Assembly (NCBI GenBank): GCA_031262545.1
Contig: JAISHP010000104.1
Location: 1,209-65,208 of the forward strand
Length of the DNA: 64,000 nt
DNA from: Candidatus Ancillula hodotermitis
Lineage (GTDB): Bacteria; Actinomycetota; Actinomycetes; Actinomycetales; Bifidobacteriaceae
Direction of reading: 5' to 3'
In this document: in pieces, positions 18,388 to 27,985 of the stretch
Position numbering within the stretch: the stretch's first letter is position 1
How the letters are laid out: each line of letters opens with the position of its first letter
The notes under the pieces: generated by a model
Told to the model about the DNA's origin: nothing
Databases searched by the model: none
Seen by the model: the letters and a program-made list of their open reading frames with translations, nothing else
Program-made: the position numbers and the translations under genes

Positions 18388-18770
18388 AAAAAAATATTTC
18401 ATTAATTCTTAAATTTTTTCTTATATTGCTTATTTTATCATTCCTTAATCTCTACGCTTTTGGTATAATTCATTTTCACAAAAAGGAAACTTTACAAAAC
18501 TTTCCTACTGTTGAACAAACAATTGAAAGTGGCCAAGAAATTGACGGTAAATTAGAGGGTTATGCCGATGTTTTATATCCTGATAATTTATCTTATTCTG
18601 GTGATTTTAAAAATGGTTTATTTGATGGCAAAGGAACTCTTTGGTTAAAAGGAAAATGGAAATATTCTGGTGATTTTAAAAATGGAAAGGCAAATGGAAA
18701 TGGAGTTTTAGCTCCTCATTCCGGCGAATCAATTTCTGGAAAATGGGAAAACGGAGTGTTTATTAACTAA
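18384..18770 (+). CDS. Membrane-anchored MORN-repeat protein
   Basis: 128 aa. N-terminal TM helix, then repeated YSGDFKNG(x)DGKG / YSGDFKNGKANGNG units. Confidence 0.6.
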   Translation: MKKNISLILKFFLILLILSFLNLYAFGIIHFHKKETLQNFPTVEQTIESGQEIDGKLEGYADVLYPDNLSYSGDFKNGLFDGKGTLWLKGKWKYSGDFKNGKANGNGVLAPHSGESISGKWENGVFIN

Positions 18771-19062
18771 ACCTTTTCCAACAAGATGGATGCCAGTGCC
18801 GTCGCTCATCAATTGCCGCTTGTTCTCCAAAAAAATGATCATTTTGAATTACTGTATAACTTTCTTGTCCGATCTGAATTGAATTATTACAACCAGGACA
18901 AGTGTATAAACTTTCTCCTTCAAAAGTCCTACTAACAGTATAATCTTTCCCGCGTTTTGTTTCTACCCAACGCCCACCAAAAACTTTCCCCACATCAATT
19001 GGCGTCACAGCTGAATTTATTTTACTATTTTTTGATTGACTATTTGAATTTCTTCTAGGCAT
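18763..19062 (-). CDS. Small conserved hypothetical protein with a Cys/His cluster (CPGC ... HWHPSCW)
   Basis: 99-aa ORF just upstream of, and codirectional with, the MORN gene's neighbour rph. It has a zinc-ribbon-like CPGC and a C-terminal H/C motif. I could not confirm a family. Confidence 0.5.
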   Translation of the reverse strand: MPRRNSNSQSKNSKINSAVTPIDVGKVFGGRWVETKRGKDYTVSRTFEGESLYTCPGCNNSIQIGQESYTVIQNDHFFGEQAAIDERRHWHPSCWKRFS

Positions 19063-19071
19063 TTTAAATAT

Positions 19072-19842
19072 TTATTTATAAAGATTAGCCTGCAAAGTTG
19101 CTAATTCTTTATTTCCTTTTTCTGCTAATTTTAAAAGATTTACTAATTCAGAATGATCAAAAGGTTCGCCTTCAGCTGTTCCTTGAATTTCTATAAATTT
19201 ACCTGAACCTGTCATCACAACATTCATATCTGTTTCGGCAGAAGAGTCTTCAACATATGGAAGATCAAGCATAGGTTGCCCATTTATTATACCGACTGAA
19301 ATTGCTGATACTGAGTCTTTTAATACTTGTGCTCCCATATTTACAAACCCACTATCTTTGCCCCATTGAATTGCATCTTTAAGTGCTATATACGCTCCTG
19401 TTATTGAAGCTGTTCTTGTTCCTCCGTCGGCTTGTAAGACATCACAATCAATTGTAATTTGATTTTCTCCAAGCTCGTATATATCAACTATCCCTCTAAG
19501 AGACCTTCCCACTAACCGAGAAATTTCTTGTGTTCGTCCACTAATTTTACCCTTTACAGATTCACGTTGATTTCTGTCTTCCGTTGCTCTTGGCAACATA
19601 GCATATTCAGCCGTCACCCAACCACGGACAGGCTGATGTCTTTCTTTTGCGTGACGATTTTCTTCATAGAGCCATCTCGGAACTCTATTTTCAAAAGTAG
19701 CTTCACAAAGAACTTTCGTATTACCAAATTCAACTAAGACTGAGCCTTCCCCTACGTTTAAATAATTACGAGTAATCTTAATTGGTCGCAACTCATCAAA
19801 ATTTCGCCCATCTTGACGAACAACATTAATTTCTACAGACAT
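19072..19842 (-). CDS. rph: Ribonuclease PH
   Basis: 256 aa. Motifs RQDGR and [22 protein letters not shown] at 19849-19854 lies 6 nt upstream of the ATG. Confidence 0.9.
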   Translation of the reverse strand: MSVEINVVRQDGRNFDELRPIKITRNYLNVGEGSVLVEFGNTKVLCEATFENRVPRWLYEENRHAKERHQPVRGWVTAEYAMLPRATEDRNQRESVKGKISGRTQEISRLVGRSLRGIVDIYELGENQITIDCDVLQADGGTRTASITGAYIALKDAIQWGKDSGFVNMGAQVLKDSVSAISVGIINGQPMLDLPYVEDSSAETDMNVVMTGSGKFIEIQGTAEGEPFDHSELVNLLKLAEKGNKELATLQANLYK

Positions 19843-19877
19843 ATTTATATTATACTTTGTGTTTTAAATTGTAGATT

Positions 19878-19905
19878 AAAAAACCCCGCAAAATACGGGG
19901 TTTTT
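19878..19905. terminator. Bidirectional rho-independent terminator (ends pnp)
   Basis: AAAAACCCCG-CAAAATA-CGGGGTTTTT, with A- and T-runs on both sides. It lies about 48 nt downstream of the pnp stop. Confidence 0.8.
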
Positions 19906-19952
19906 AAATAAAATTAGATATTACTAAATTAATAATAAGCTAATTATTAATA

Positions 19953-22187
19953 CTAGGCTAATTCTAAATTATATTTACCTCTATCATCAATAGCAGCAAC
20001 TTTAACCTTAATCTTTTGCCCAACTGAAACGATATCAGCAACATTTTCAATTCGCTTTCCATCGTTCAAATCACGCATTTTAGTAACATGAAGTAATCCA
20101 TCAATTCCAGGAGCTAAAGAAATAAAAGCCCCAAAGTTTACAGCTTTAACAACTGTTCCTAAGAACTCTTCTCCAACTTTTGGAGTTTTAGGATTAGCAA
20201 TAGCATTGATTTGAGCTATAGCCTCATCTGAAGAAGGTCCGTTTTCTGCAGCAACATAAACTGTTCCATCTTCTTCAATTGAAATTTCTGCTCCAGTTTC
20301 CTCTTGAATTCCTTGAATAACCTTTCCTTTAGGACCGATTACCTCACCAATTTTATCAGTAGGAATTTTAACTGTTGTAATTCTTGGAGCGGTTGGCGCC
20401 ATTTCATTTGGTCCAGAAATGCAATCATTAATTACACCAAGAATTTGCATTCTTGCTTCTTTAGCTTGTCCTAAAGCACCAGCTAAAACATCAGAAGGAA
20501 TACCATCTAATTTAGTGTCTAACTGAATTGATGTAATGAATTCATCCGTTCCTGCTACTTTAAAGTCCATATCTCCGAAAGCATCTTCTGCTCCCAAAAT
20601 ATCTGTCAATGTCTTATATCTTGTTTCACCATCAACAGTATCTGAAACTAACCCCATAGCAATACCAGCTACTGGAGCATGCAAAGGAACACCAGCATTT
20701 AACATAGCTAAAGTTGATGCACAAACTGAGCCCATTGAAGTTGATCCATTAGACCCAAGAGCTTCAGAAACTTCGCGAATAGCATATGGAAAATCTTCTT
20801 GTGAAGGTAAAACAGGAACTAAAGCACGCTCTGCTAAATCTCCATGTCCAATTTCACGACGTTTTGGTGACCCCATACGTCCTGTTTCTCCAGTTGAATA
20901 TGGAGGAAAATTATATTGATGCATATAACGTCTTGTATGATTTGGAGAAAGACCATCAACTTCTTGTGCCATCTTTAAAGTATTCAAAGTTGTGATTCCC
21001 ATAATTTGAGTTTCCCCACGTTGGAACAAAGCAGAACCGTGAACACGTGGAACGATATTAACTTCAGCTGACAAAGGACGAATCTCGTTCAAAGCACGAC
21101 CATCAATACGATAATCATCTCTTAAGATACGATTACGAACCAAAGTCTTTTGAACTGATTTATAAGCATTCTTAATTTCGATCTCACGACCTTTGAATGG
21201 TGCGTTATTATTTGGATCTTCTTCATCACCACAAAGAGCTAGAACCATTTCATCCTTAATTTCACCAATCATTTCTTCGCGCTCTTGCTTATCTCCATGA
21301 TTATATGCTTCTTCTAAACGTGCCAAAGCAAAATCACGAACAGCTTCAATATCAGTATCAATATATTCAGGGAAAAGAGGGAACTCACCTAAATCTTTAT
21401 CACCAACTTGATTCTTTAGTTCAATTTGAGCATTACAAAGTGCTTTAATATGAGGTTTTGCAGCTTCTAGACCAGCAGCAACAGTTGATTCATCAGGTTT
21501 TTGTTGTCCTTCATTATAAATTAAATTCCATGCATTTTCACCAGCACCAGCCTCAATCATAGCAATTGCCACATCTGAATTTGGATCACTTTCATCAAGA
21601 ATTCTACCAGCTACAGTAATTTGGAAAACAGCCTTGTCTAATTGAGAATAAGTTGGAAAAGCTACCCAATCACCATCAATTAAAGCTAAACGAGTTCCTG
21701 AAACAGGACCTTCAAAAGGAATTCCAGAAACCATAGTTGAAGCTGAAGCAGCATTAATTGCTAATACATCATAAGCATCATCAGGATTAACTGCTAAAAT
21801 TGTTTCAACAACTTGAACTTCATTACGTAATCTTTTATCAAATAATGGGCGCAATGGGCGGTCAATAATACGGCATGCTAAAATAGCATCTGTTCCAGCT
21901 CTACCTTCACGACGGAAGAATGATCCAGGGATTTTACCAGCTGCATACATTTTTTCTTCAACATCTACAGTTAGAGGGAAAAAATCAAAACTTTCTCTTG
22001 GTTGACCTGAAATACATGTTGTTGAAAGCACCATATTATCATCGTCTAAAAATGCTGTTACACAACCATCAGCCTGTTGAGCTAAACGCCCTGTTTCAAA
22101 ACGAACTTTACGAGTTCCGAATTTACCATTATCTATTATCGCTTCTGCGAATTTATCTTGCCCTTTAATCGGGTTTTTTTCTGTCAT
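19953..22187 (-). CDS. pnp: Polyribonucleotide nucleotidyltransferase (PNPase)
   Basis: 744 aa with two RNase PH-like domains, KH ([15 protein letters not shown]) and C-terminal S1 ([15 protein letters not shown]). Confidence 0.92.
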   Translation of the reverse strand: MTEKNPIKGQDKFAEAIIDNGKFGTRKVRFETGRLAQQADGCVTAFLDDDNMVLSTTCISGQPRESFDFFPLTVDVEEKMYAAGKIPGSFFRREGRAGTDAILACRIIDRPLRPLFDKRLRNEVQVVETILAVNPDDAYDVLAINAASASTMVSGIPFEGPVSGTRLALIDGDWVAFPTYSQLDKAVFQITVAGRILDESDPNSDVAIAMIEAGAGENAWNLIYNEGQQKPDESTVAAGLEAAKPHIKALCNAQIELKNQVGDKDLGEFPLFPEYIDTDIEAVRDFALARLEEAYNHGDKQEREEMIGEIKDEMVLALCGDEEDPNNNAPFKGREIEIKNAYKSVQKTLVRNRILRDDYRIDGRALNEIRPLSAEVNIVPRVHGSALFQRGETQIMGITTLNTLKMAQEVDGLSPNHTRRYMHQYNFPPYSTGETGRMGSPKRREIGHGDLAERALVPVLPSQEDFPYAIREVSEALGSNGSTSMGSVCASTLAMLNAGVPLHAPVAGIAMGLVSDTVDGETRYKTLTDILGAEDAFGDMDFKVAGTDEFITSIQLDTKLDGIPSDVLAGALGQAKEARMQILGVINDCISGPNEMAPTAPRITTVKIPTDKIGEVIGPKGKVIQGIQEETGAEISIEEDGTVYVAAENGPSSDEAIAQINAIANPKTPKVGEEFLGTVVKAVNFGAFISLAPGIDGLLHVTKMRDLNDGKRIENVADIVSVGQKIKVKVAAIDDRGKYNLELA

Positions 22188-22385
22188 TTATTTATCTTTC
22201 TTTATTAACGCCGTTTCTGGATCCCTAACTTAAAATAGTGAACATAATTATATTTAAATACAATTATACTTAAACTTATGAACACCGAAACCGTCCAGGC
22301 TCACAGCGAGTTATTAAAAACTTTATAACTTATAAACATTATACATTATTAAAAATGCGTTTTATTTTAAAAAATTCCTAAAAAG

Positions 22386-22459
22386 GGCGACTGACCGGGC
22401 TCGAACCGGCGACATCCGGAACCACAATCCGACGCTCTACCAACTGAGCTACAATCGCC
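22386..22459 (-). tRNA. tRNA-His (anticodon GTG) with encoded G-1, CCA not encoded
   Basis: Hand fold: G-1 pairs with C73. Acceptor GCGATTG/CAGTCGC, D-arm GCTC-AGTTGGTA-GAGC, anticodon stem TCGGA/TCCGG with loop TTGTGGT, T-arm GCCGG-TTCGAGC-CCGGT. Confidence 0.88.
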
Positions 22460-22551
22460 ATGCTTGCGATTTACTCAGTTGTTAGAGCTTCAAGCAACCT
22501 TTATTCTTTCGCAAAAGAATCAAAGGCGACCAACTGAGCTACAATCGCCAT
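22439..22551. repeat. 23-bp exact direct repeat (22439-22461 and 22529-22551) duplicating the 5' end of tRNA-His. The 67-bp spacer holds an inverted degenerate copy of tRNA-His positions 2-27 (22467-22490) and a 7-bp hairpin
   Basis: ACCAACTGAGCTACAATCGCCAT occurs twice, 90 bp apart. Plus-strand CGATTTACTCAGTTGTTAGAGCTT compares with sense tRNA CGATTGTAGCTCAGTTGGTAGAGCGT. Hairpins: TGCTTG...CAAGCA (22461-22496) and ATTCTTT-CGCA-AAGAAT extended by CCTTT/AAAGG (22498-22526). Confidence 0.85.
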
Positions 22552-22572
22552 ACATTTATATTATACAGGAAT

Positions 22573-23160
22573 TTAAACTTTCCAAAGTCCACCACTAGCA
22601 ATTGATTGAAGACCCATCTCTTCTGCAATCGCACCATGTTCTGCAACTTCCCAAACCCAAAGAACTCTTTTATTAACATTCCCAAACATTCTTTGTGATC
22701 TCCACAAATTATTTGCTAAAGCAAAATCTGGTTTAATTATATCAATTTTTTCACTGATTGTTTGAATTTTTCCTGATCCAACTAATCCATCATATCCAGT
22801 TTTCCAAACAGGTATTAGTTTATTATCAACATTCCAACTAGTCGTAATTTCTATCTTTAGTGGGAATTGGTTTTTATCTGTTAGATTTTCTGGCCTTTCT
22901 TCGGAAACCCTCCAAGACCCTTCTTCAGAAATTAAAACTTTATCACCAGGAATAAAATCTCCTTTCTCTGATAGATCTGTTTCTCTAATTTCCGACTTGT
23001 AATAAAGTGACTTACCTGCATTTTTCCAGGATGCTCTTTGAACAAATCTTTCATTTGTTAACCCAAAGTGACCACCAAAGAGACCTGTTCCTTCCCACTC
23101 TCCTATTAACCAACTTATTGGGTAAATTTCTTTTTCTAGACCTGTTGTATCTAAAATCAA
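22573..23160 (-). CDS. FABP/nitrobindin-like beta-barrel protein (DUF1794-like)
   Basis: 195 aa. The N-terminal W-x-G-x-G motif (GEWEGTGLFG) is typical of actinobacterial FABP-family proteins. It overlaps the gltX stop by 4 nt. The family call is from memory. Confidence 0.55.
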   Translation of the reverse strand: MILDTTGLEKEIYPISWLIGEWEGTGLFGGHFGLTNERFVQRASWKNAGKSLYYKSEIRETDLSEKGDFIPGDKVLISEEGSWRVSEERPENLTDKNQFPLKIEITTSWNVDNKLIPVWKTGYDGLVGSGKIQTISEKIDIIKPDFALANNLWRSQRMFGNVNKRVLWVWEVAEHGAIAEEMGLQSIASGGLWKV

Positions 23161-24821
23161 TCTAAATTTTCCAATCTCTTAATCGTTAAATCTTTGCCTA
23201 AAATTTCCATGCACTCAAAAAGAGGAGGAGAAATTCTTTTTCCTGAAATAGCTACTCTAAGAGGAGAAAAGGCAAATCTAGGTTTAAGATTCAAACTATT
23301 TTGATAGTCTGGCTCGCCTTCTGGTGAAATTGATAACGCCTCTTGAAGGGTATTGTGGATTGAATCTGTAGTCCAATTTTCTAGACTCTTTAATGAATTA
23401 ATGGCAGTTTCTATTACTTTATGATAATCAATTTCTTCACCACTTGGATTTTTGCCAGATTTTAACTGTTTTTTAGCATCTTCTTCAACATTCATTTTTT
23501 CTTCTTTAGAAAGCAAAGGTGCCAAAAGATTTCGAGCCTCGCTTAATAATTGAACTCTAGTTTGAATTAAAGGTGCAGCTGCAGTAATTATTCTCTGCTC
23601 ATCTTCAGTTAAATTATCCCACTTGTCAGCAGAAACAAGAGCTTGATAAGTTTGAAGCTTTGGCATATCTGGTTCATTTTCTGCAATTTCTCTTAATAAA
23701 TCACAATTTACAAAATCTGCAGATACAGAACCATGCAAATATGGAATTAATCTTTTTTTGAAATCCTCAACATCAAGCATTCTAATATGCTCTGCATTAA
23801 TAGCAGTACATTTCTTCATATCAAATCTAGCTGGGTTTGCTAAAACATCTTTAGGATTAAAAGCTTCAACTAATTGATCCATAGAAAAAATATCGTCATC
23901 TGGAGATAAAGACCAGCCTAAAAGCGCAAGATAATTTATCAATCCTTCAGGAATCATTCCTTTTTCTCTGTGTAAAAATAAATTTGATTCAGGATCTCTC
24001 TTTGATAATTTTTTATTCCCTTCACCCATTACGTAAGGAAGATGACCATACTTAACTGGTTCTTTAGCTACTCCAATATCTATTAAGTATTTCCAAAGAA
24101 CTACCTGTCTTGGCGTTGAAGAAAGTAAATCTTCTCCTCTTAAAATACAATTAACATTCATTAAAGCATCATCTACGGGGTTTGTTAAAGTGTATAGTGG
24201 GTCACCATTTCCATCTTTACTTGATCTAACGATTACATAATCTGGAATTGTTCCTGCTTTAAAAGTTACTTCGCCACGCACAATATCATCAAAAGTAATA
24301 TCTTGATCTTGAGGCATCTTTACACGAATTGTAAACTCTCTACCCTCATTTTCATACTCTTTAATTTGCTCATCAGTTAAATTTCTATCAAAATTATCAT
24401 AACCAAATTGAACAGGTCTTCCTGCCGCTTTGTTTCTTGTGTCAATTTCTTCTTTAGTTGAAAAGCACTTATATGCATAACCTTTATCTAAAAGCGATTT
24501 TGCTACATCTCTATAAATTTGTGTTCGCTCGGATTGACGATAAGGACCATCAGGACCCCCAACCTCAACTCCTTCGTCCCAATTTAAACCTAGCCACTTT
24601 AAAGAAGTTAAAATCATTTGATATGAATCTTCAGAATCGCGTACGTGGTCAGTGTCTTCTATTCTAAAAACAAATTTCCCGCCTTTGATTCCTTCATCAT
24701 TTCCAAATTTCTCACAATGTTTTGCCCAAGCATAATTAAACAAACAAGAACGAACCATACCTACATGAGGCGTCCCTGTTGGGCTCGGGCAAAACCGAAC
24801 TCTTACTTCTTTATCAGTCAT
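23157..24821 (-). CDS. gltX: Glutamate--tRNA ligase
   Basis: 554 aa. HIGH-type PSPTGTPHVG and KMSKS-type KLSKR. TATAAT at 24828-24833 lies 6 nt upstream of the ATG. Confidence 0.9.
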   Translation of the reverse strand: MTDKEVRVRFCPSPTGTPHVGMVRSCLFNYAWAKHCEKFGNDEGIKGGKFVFRIEDTDHVRDSEDSYQMILTSLKWLGLNWDEGVEVGGPDGPYRQSERTQIYRDVAKSLLDKGYAYKCFSTKEEIDTRNKAAGRPVQFGYDNFDRNLTDEQIKEYENEGREFTIRVKMPQDQDITFDDIVRGEVTFKAGTIPDYVIVRSSKDGNGDPLYTLTNPVDDALMNVNCILRGEDLLSSTPRQVVLWKYLIDIGVAKEPVKYGHLPYVMGEGNKKLSKRDPESNLFLHREKGMIPEGLINYLALLGWSLSPDDDIFSMDQLVEAFNPKDVLANPARFDMKKCTAINAEHIRMLDVEDFKKRLIPYLHGSVSADFVNCDLLREIAENEPDMPKLQTYQALVSADKWDNLTEDEQRIITAAAPLIQTRVQLLSEARNLLAPLLSKEEKMNVEEDAKKQLKSGKNPSGEEIDYHKVIETAINSLKSLENWTTDSIHNTLQEALSISPEGEPDYQNSLNLKPRFAFSPLRVAISGKRISPPLFECMEILGKDLTIKRLENLD

Positions 24822-24840
24822 ATATATATTATACGTTTAA

Positions 24841-26223
24841 TTATATATCTAACTTTATTGCGGAAGCTATAGCAAAATTTTTTGAAAAAATTGGGATTAA
24901 ATATGACTGCAAAGCATGATACACATCTGGTTTACCCGGCCAGACTGTTTCACTAATTTGATTGTTTTCATCTAATTGATGAATCCAAGAACCTGTTTCG
25001 TCTAAAAGGTGTTCTTTAGTCCACTTCCAAACTAGATTAAACCACTTAGTATAATACTTTTCTTGATCCTCAGTTGCACAAAATTGTAATAATGTTGATG
25101 CTGTATTTAATGCTTCCGCTTCAACCCAGTGCATCCTATCTTTTACAATAGGATTACCTTCCCAGTCTGTTGTGTAGATAAATCCACCAATTTTTTTATC
25201 CCAACCATCATCTACAGCAACTTTAAATAAATTTTGAGCTGTTTGAAAATATTTTTCTCTCTGTTTCTTTGGAAGTTTCAAAGCAAATTGGGTAATTAAT
25301 CTAGCCCACTCTATTCCGTGACCGACAGTTGCTCCATAAGGCTTAAATTTATCATCTTTATTATCTGAATTATATTCTAAATCTGGCTCCCAATTTTCTT
25401 TATAGTGCTCAGGAATTCTCCAACCATGAGATTTAGCTTGGAAGCAAACTCTATCAACAATTCGATTCACACGGTTTAAGAGGTCGTAAGCTTTTTCTTC
25501 AAGATCAAAACCAAGAGCTTCATATAAATTTTGATTTACTTTTCCATTATCAGTTATTACTGAATAATAAACACTATTATTTGCTTTATTTTCAGCTGCT
25601 AAAATTTTTAAAACATCATAGGTCGCCAAAAAGGCCTCTACAGTATGCATATTTGCATTAATTCCTCTATAACTATCTTTTTTTGACCAATCAGCCTTCG
25701 GATAATTATCAACCGACATCCCATATTTCTCATCCCAGAAATATTTATCAAATATTTTCAAAGCACAAGAAAGTAAACGAGCTGATTTTACTCTATTTAT
25801 TCCACTAGTCGCCAAGACCAACGAAGATGAGCCTAAAATTACAAAAGCGTGAGCATAAGCTTCTTTCGCTTCATTAACGACTTCTCCATCCCAATCAATT
25901 TTTGAATACCATCCTCCGTTAGTAACATCTCTTAAAGGTCCAACTAGTCCATGATAGCCAGACTCAAGAAAAAACAAAATTTGTTCATTCCTTACTTGTT
26001 CTGATAACTTAGAATCTGCATTGAATCGCCTATTGTCTGACAAAAGTTGAACTAACGAAAATGAATGTGTCATTCTAGAAGTAATCCAAGTTTCAATTCC
26101 TCTTTTTTTGTCAATATGACCTTGACTATCTAACCAACCTGAACCATCAATTTGTGCTGGAAAACCTGATCCAAACTCAATTAGGCTTTTTGTTTTTTCA
26201 ACTATTTCCTTATTATTGTACAT
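24841..26223 (-). CDS. N-acylglucosamine 2-epimerase (AGE) superfamily epimerase/isomerase
   Basis: An alpha/alpha-toroid-like protein of about 460 aa, rich in W/H repeats (GGWY, HAFV, HWVEAEA). I chose the start ATG at 26223, which has AAGGAG 5 nt upstream. The ORF-track GTG at 26247 lies 8 nt after a TATAAT and is an alternative. Confidence 0.6.
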   Translation of the reverse strand: MYNNKEIVEKTKSLIEFGSGFPAQIDGSGWLDSQGHIDKKRGIETWITSRMTHSFSLVQLLSDNRRFNADSKLSEQVRNEQILFFLESGYHGLVGPLRDVTNGGWYSKIDWDGEVVNEAKEAYAHAFVILGSSSLVLATSGINRVKSARLLSCALKIFDKYFWDEKYGMSVDNYPKADWSKKDSYRGINANMHTVEAFLATYDVLKILAAENKANNSVYYSVITDNGKVNQNLYEALGFDLEEKAYDLLNRVNRIVDRVCFQAKSHGWRIPEHYKENWEPDLEYNSDNKDDKFKPYGATVGHGIEWARLITQFALKLPKKQREKYFQTAQNLFKVAVDDGWDKKIGGFIYTTDWEGNPIVKDRMHWVEAEALNTASTLLQFCATEDQEKYYTKWFNLVWKWTKEHLLDETGSWIHQLDENNQISETVWPGKPDVYHALQSYLIPIFSKNFAIASAIKLDI

Positions 26224-26330
26224 ATTATCTCCTTTTCTTGTCACCACTAAATAATATTATAAGAAAATATTAATTTTTGTCAAAAATGTAATTTTCTTTA
26301 TTTAATTTTCCGTTAAATTTTCACTACAAA

Positions 26331-27938
26331 TTACTCCTCTAAAGTAATTTCTTTGGCGATTATAGCTTTGGATCGATCCATTCTTTTTTCAATATATTTT
26401 AGAATTTGTGTTACAGATAGTGTAATTACCAAATATATTGCCGCTGTTATTAAATAAGGAATATAAGTCTGGTAAGTCGCACCTTTAATTGTTTTTGTAA
26501 CAAAAAATAACTCTGTCACTGATATTACATTTAGAACTGCTGAATCTTTTATGTTTATCACAAATTCATTTCCTATCGCCGGCATTATGTTGCGAATTGC
26601 TTGAGGTAAAATTATTTTTGTCATAGTTTGAAAACGAGATAAACCTAGACTTACAGCTCCTTCAGTTTGTCCTTTGTTTATGCTCTCAATTCCACCTCGC
26701 ACAATTTCAGAGAGATAAGCTCCCGTATTTATAGAAATAATCATTATAGCGGCAAACAATGGATTCATATCTATTCCAAGAGCTTCATCTGCTCCGAAAT
26801 AAATAATAGTTGCTTGCACAATCATTGGTGTTCCTCTGAAAACTTCTATATAAATTTTAAGAATTGCATTAATAATTACTCTAATTAAATTTGATATATT
26901 TTTTCTTTTCTTTCCTTGCGAGTCTGTTTGATAAGGAATATACCTTATGCAGGCAACTATTAGACCTATTATCAACCCAAAAATTGTTCCAGTTAAAGAA
27001 ATTAATAATGTAACCCAAAGGCCTCTAAGAAACATTCCACCATAATGCTGAATTATATTTGTAACATTTTCCCAAAAAGATTTTTCCTGTGAGCTGTTCT
27101 CTAAACCACTAGCACTATTTTGTGAATCTTTAATTGCTTGATCCATCATAGTATCTCTCTCATCTTGTGGAATATTACTTAAAATTTCATTTACTTGATT
27201 AAGTAAATCATTATTACCTTTTTTTATTCCAACAGCAATTGAAGACTGATCCTTTGAAACATTAAATCCTTTATCTTTAGAAAATTCTAGTACCTTTAAA
27301 TCTGGATTAGCAACAGCTGCTGATGCTGCTGCAGGATATTCTCCAATATAGCCATCTATTTTTCCTGACTGAACTCCGGTTATCATTGTTGGAAAATCAT
27401 CCATAGCTGGTTGTTTATTTACGTCAGGAATCTGATCAACATAATTATAAACTAATGTTCCAAGTTGCCCTGTAATCTTGGCTCCTACTAAATCACTCAA
27501 ACTTTGTGCATTTGCGTATTTACTATCTTTTTTAACAACGACCGTAATTTCTGAAGTGTAATAATAATCTGAAAAATATATTGTCCGACGTCTTTCATTA
27601 GTCGGGCTCATTCCCGCACAAATAATATCTATTTTTTTTGAAGTTAATCCTGGTAAAAGACCATCCCACTGTGTAGCAACAATTTCTAAATTTTTGCCCA
27701 TTCCTTCGGCTATCTTTTTTGCAATTTGCACATCATATCCATTTGCGTAACCACCATTTACTTCAACCGTTCTTTGGTTAGGTGTTGCTTGCATAAAATT
27801 ATATGGCGCATAAGCTAATTCCATTCCAACTTTTAATGTCTCACTATCAGCTTTCGCTAGAGGAACATTGAAATAATTAAACATAAAGACTGCCTGAAAA
27901 AACAGGCAGAAAATAACACCAATTTTCTTAATTCTCAC
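26331..27938 (-). CDS. Amino-acid ABC transporter, fused substrate-binding domain + permease
   Basis: 535 aa: signal/TM, a type-3 SBP-like half, then a C-terminal permease with an EAA-like loop (GAVSLGLSRFQTMTKIILPQAIR). GTG start at 27938, with TATAAT 7 nt upstream. Confidence 0.8.
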   Translation of the reverse strand: MRIKKIGVIFCLFFQAVFMFNYFNVPLAKADSETLKVGMELAYAPYNFMQATPNQRTVEVNGGYANGYDVQIAKKIAEGMGKNLEIVATQWDGLLPGLTSKKIDIICAGMSPTNERRRTIYFSDYYYTSEITVVVKKDSKYANAQSLSDLVGAKITGQLGTLVYNYVDQIPDVNKQPAMDDFPTMITGVQSGKIDGYIGEYPAAASAAVANPDLKVLEFSKDKGFNVSKDQSSIAVGIKKGNNDLLNQVNEILSNIPQDERDTMMDQAIKDSQNSASGLENSSQEKSFWENVTNIIQHYGGMFLRGLWVTLLISLTGTIFGLIIGLIVACIRYIPYQTDSQGKKRKNISNLIRVIINAILKIYIEVFRGTPMIVQATIIYFGADEALGIDMNPLFAAIMIISINTGAYLSEIVRGGIESINKGQTEGAVSLGLSRFQTMTKIILPQAIRNIMPAIGNEFVINIKDSAVLNVISVTELFFVTKTIKGATYQTYIPYLITAAIYLVITLSVTQILKYIEKRMDRSKAIIAKEITLEE

Positions 27939-27985
27939 AATTAATATTATACTTGTGATAAGTTTTGTTAAAAAATTAACTTTTC

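Noticed and set aside
22278-22328. A 16-codon plus-strand ORF (MNTETVQAHSELLKTL) in the pnp/tRNA-His spacer.
   Set aside because: It has no Shine-Dalgarno sequence and no TATAAT at leaderless spacing, and it lies antisense to the pnp leader. Its GC-rich content is better explained by RNA structure on the other strand.
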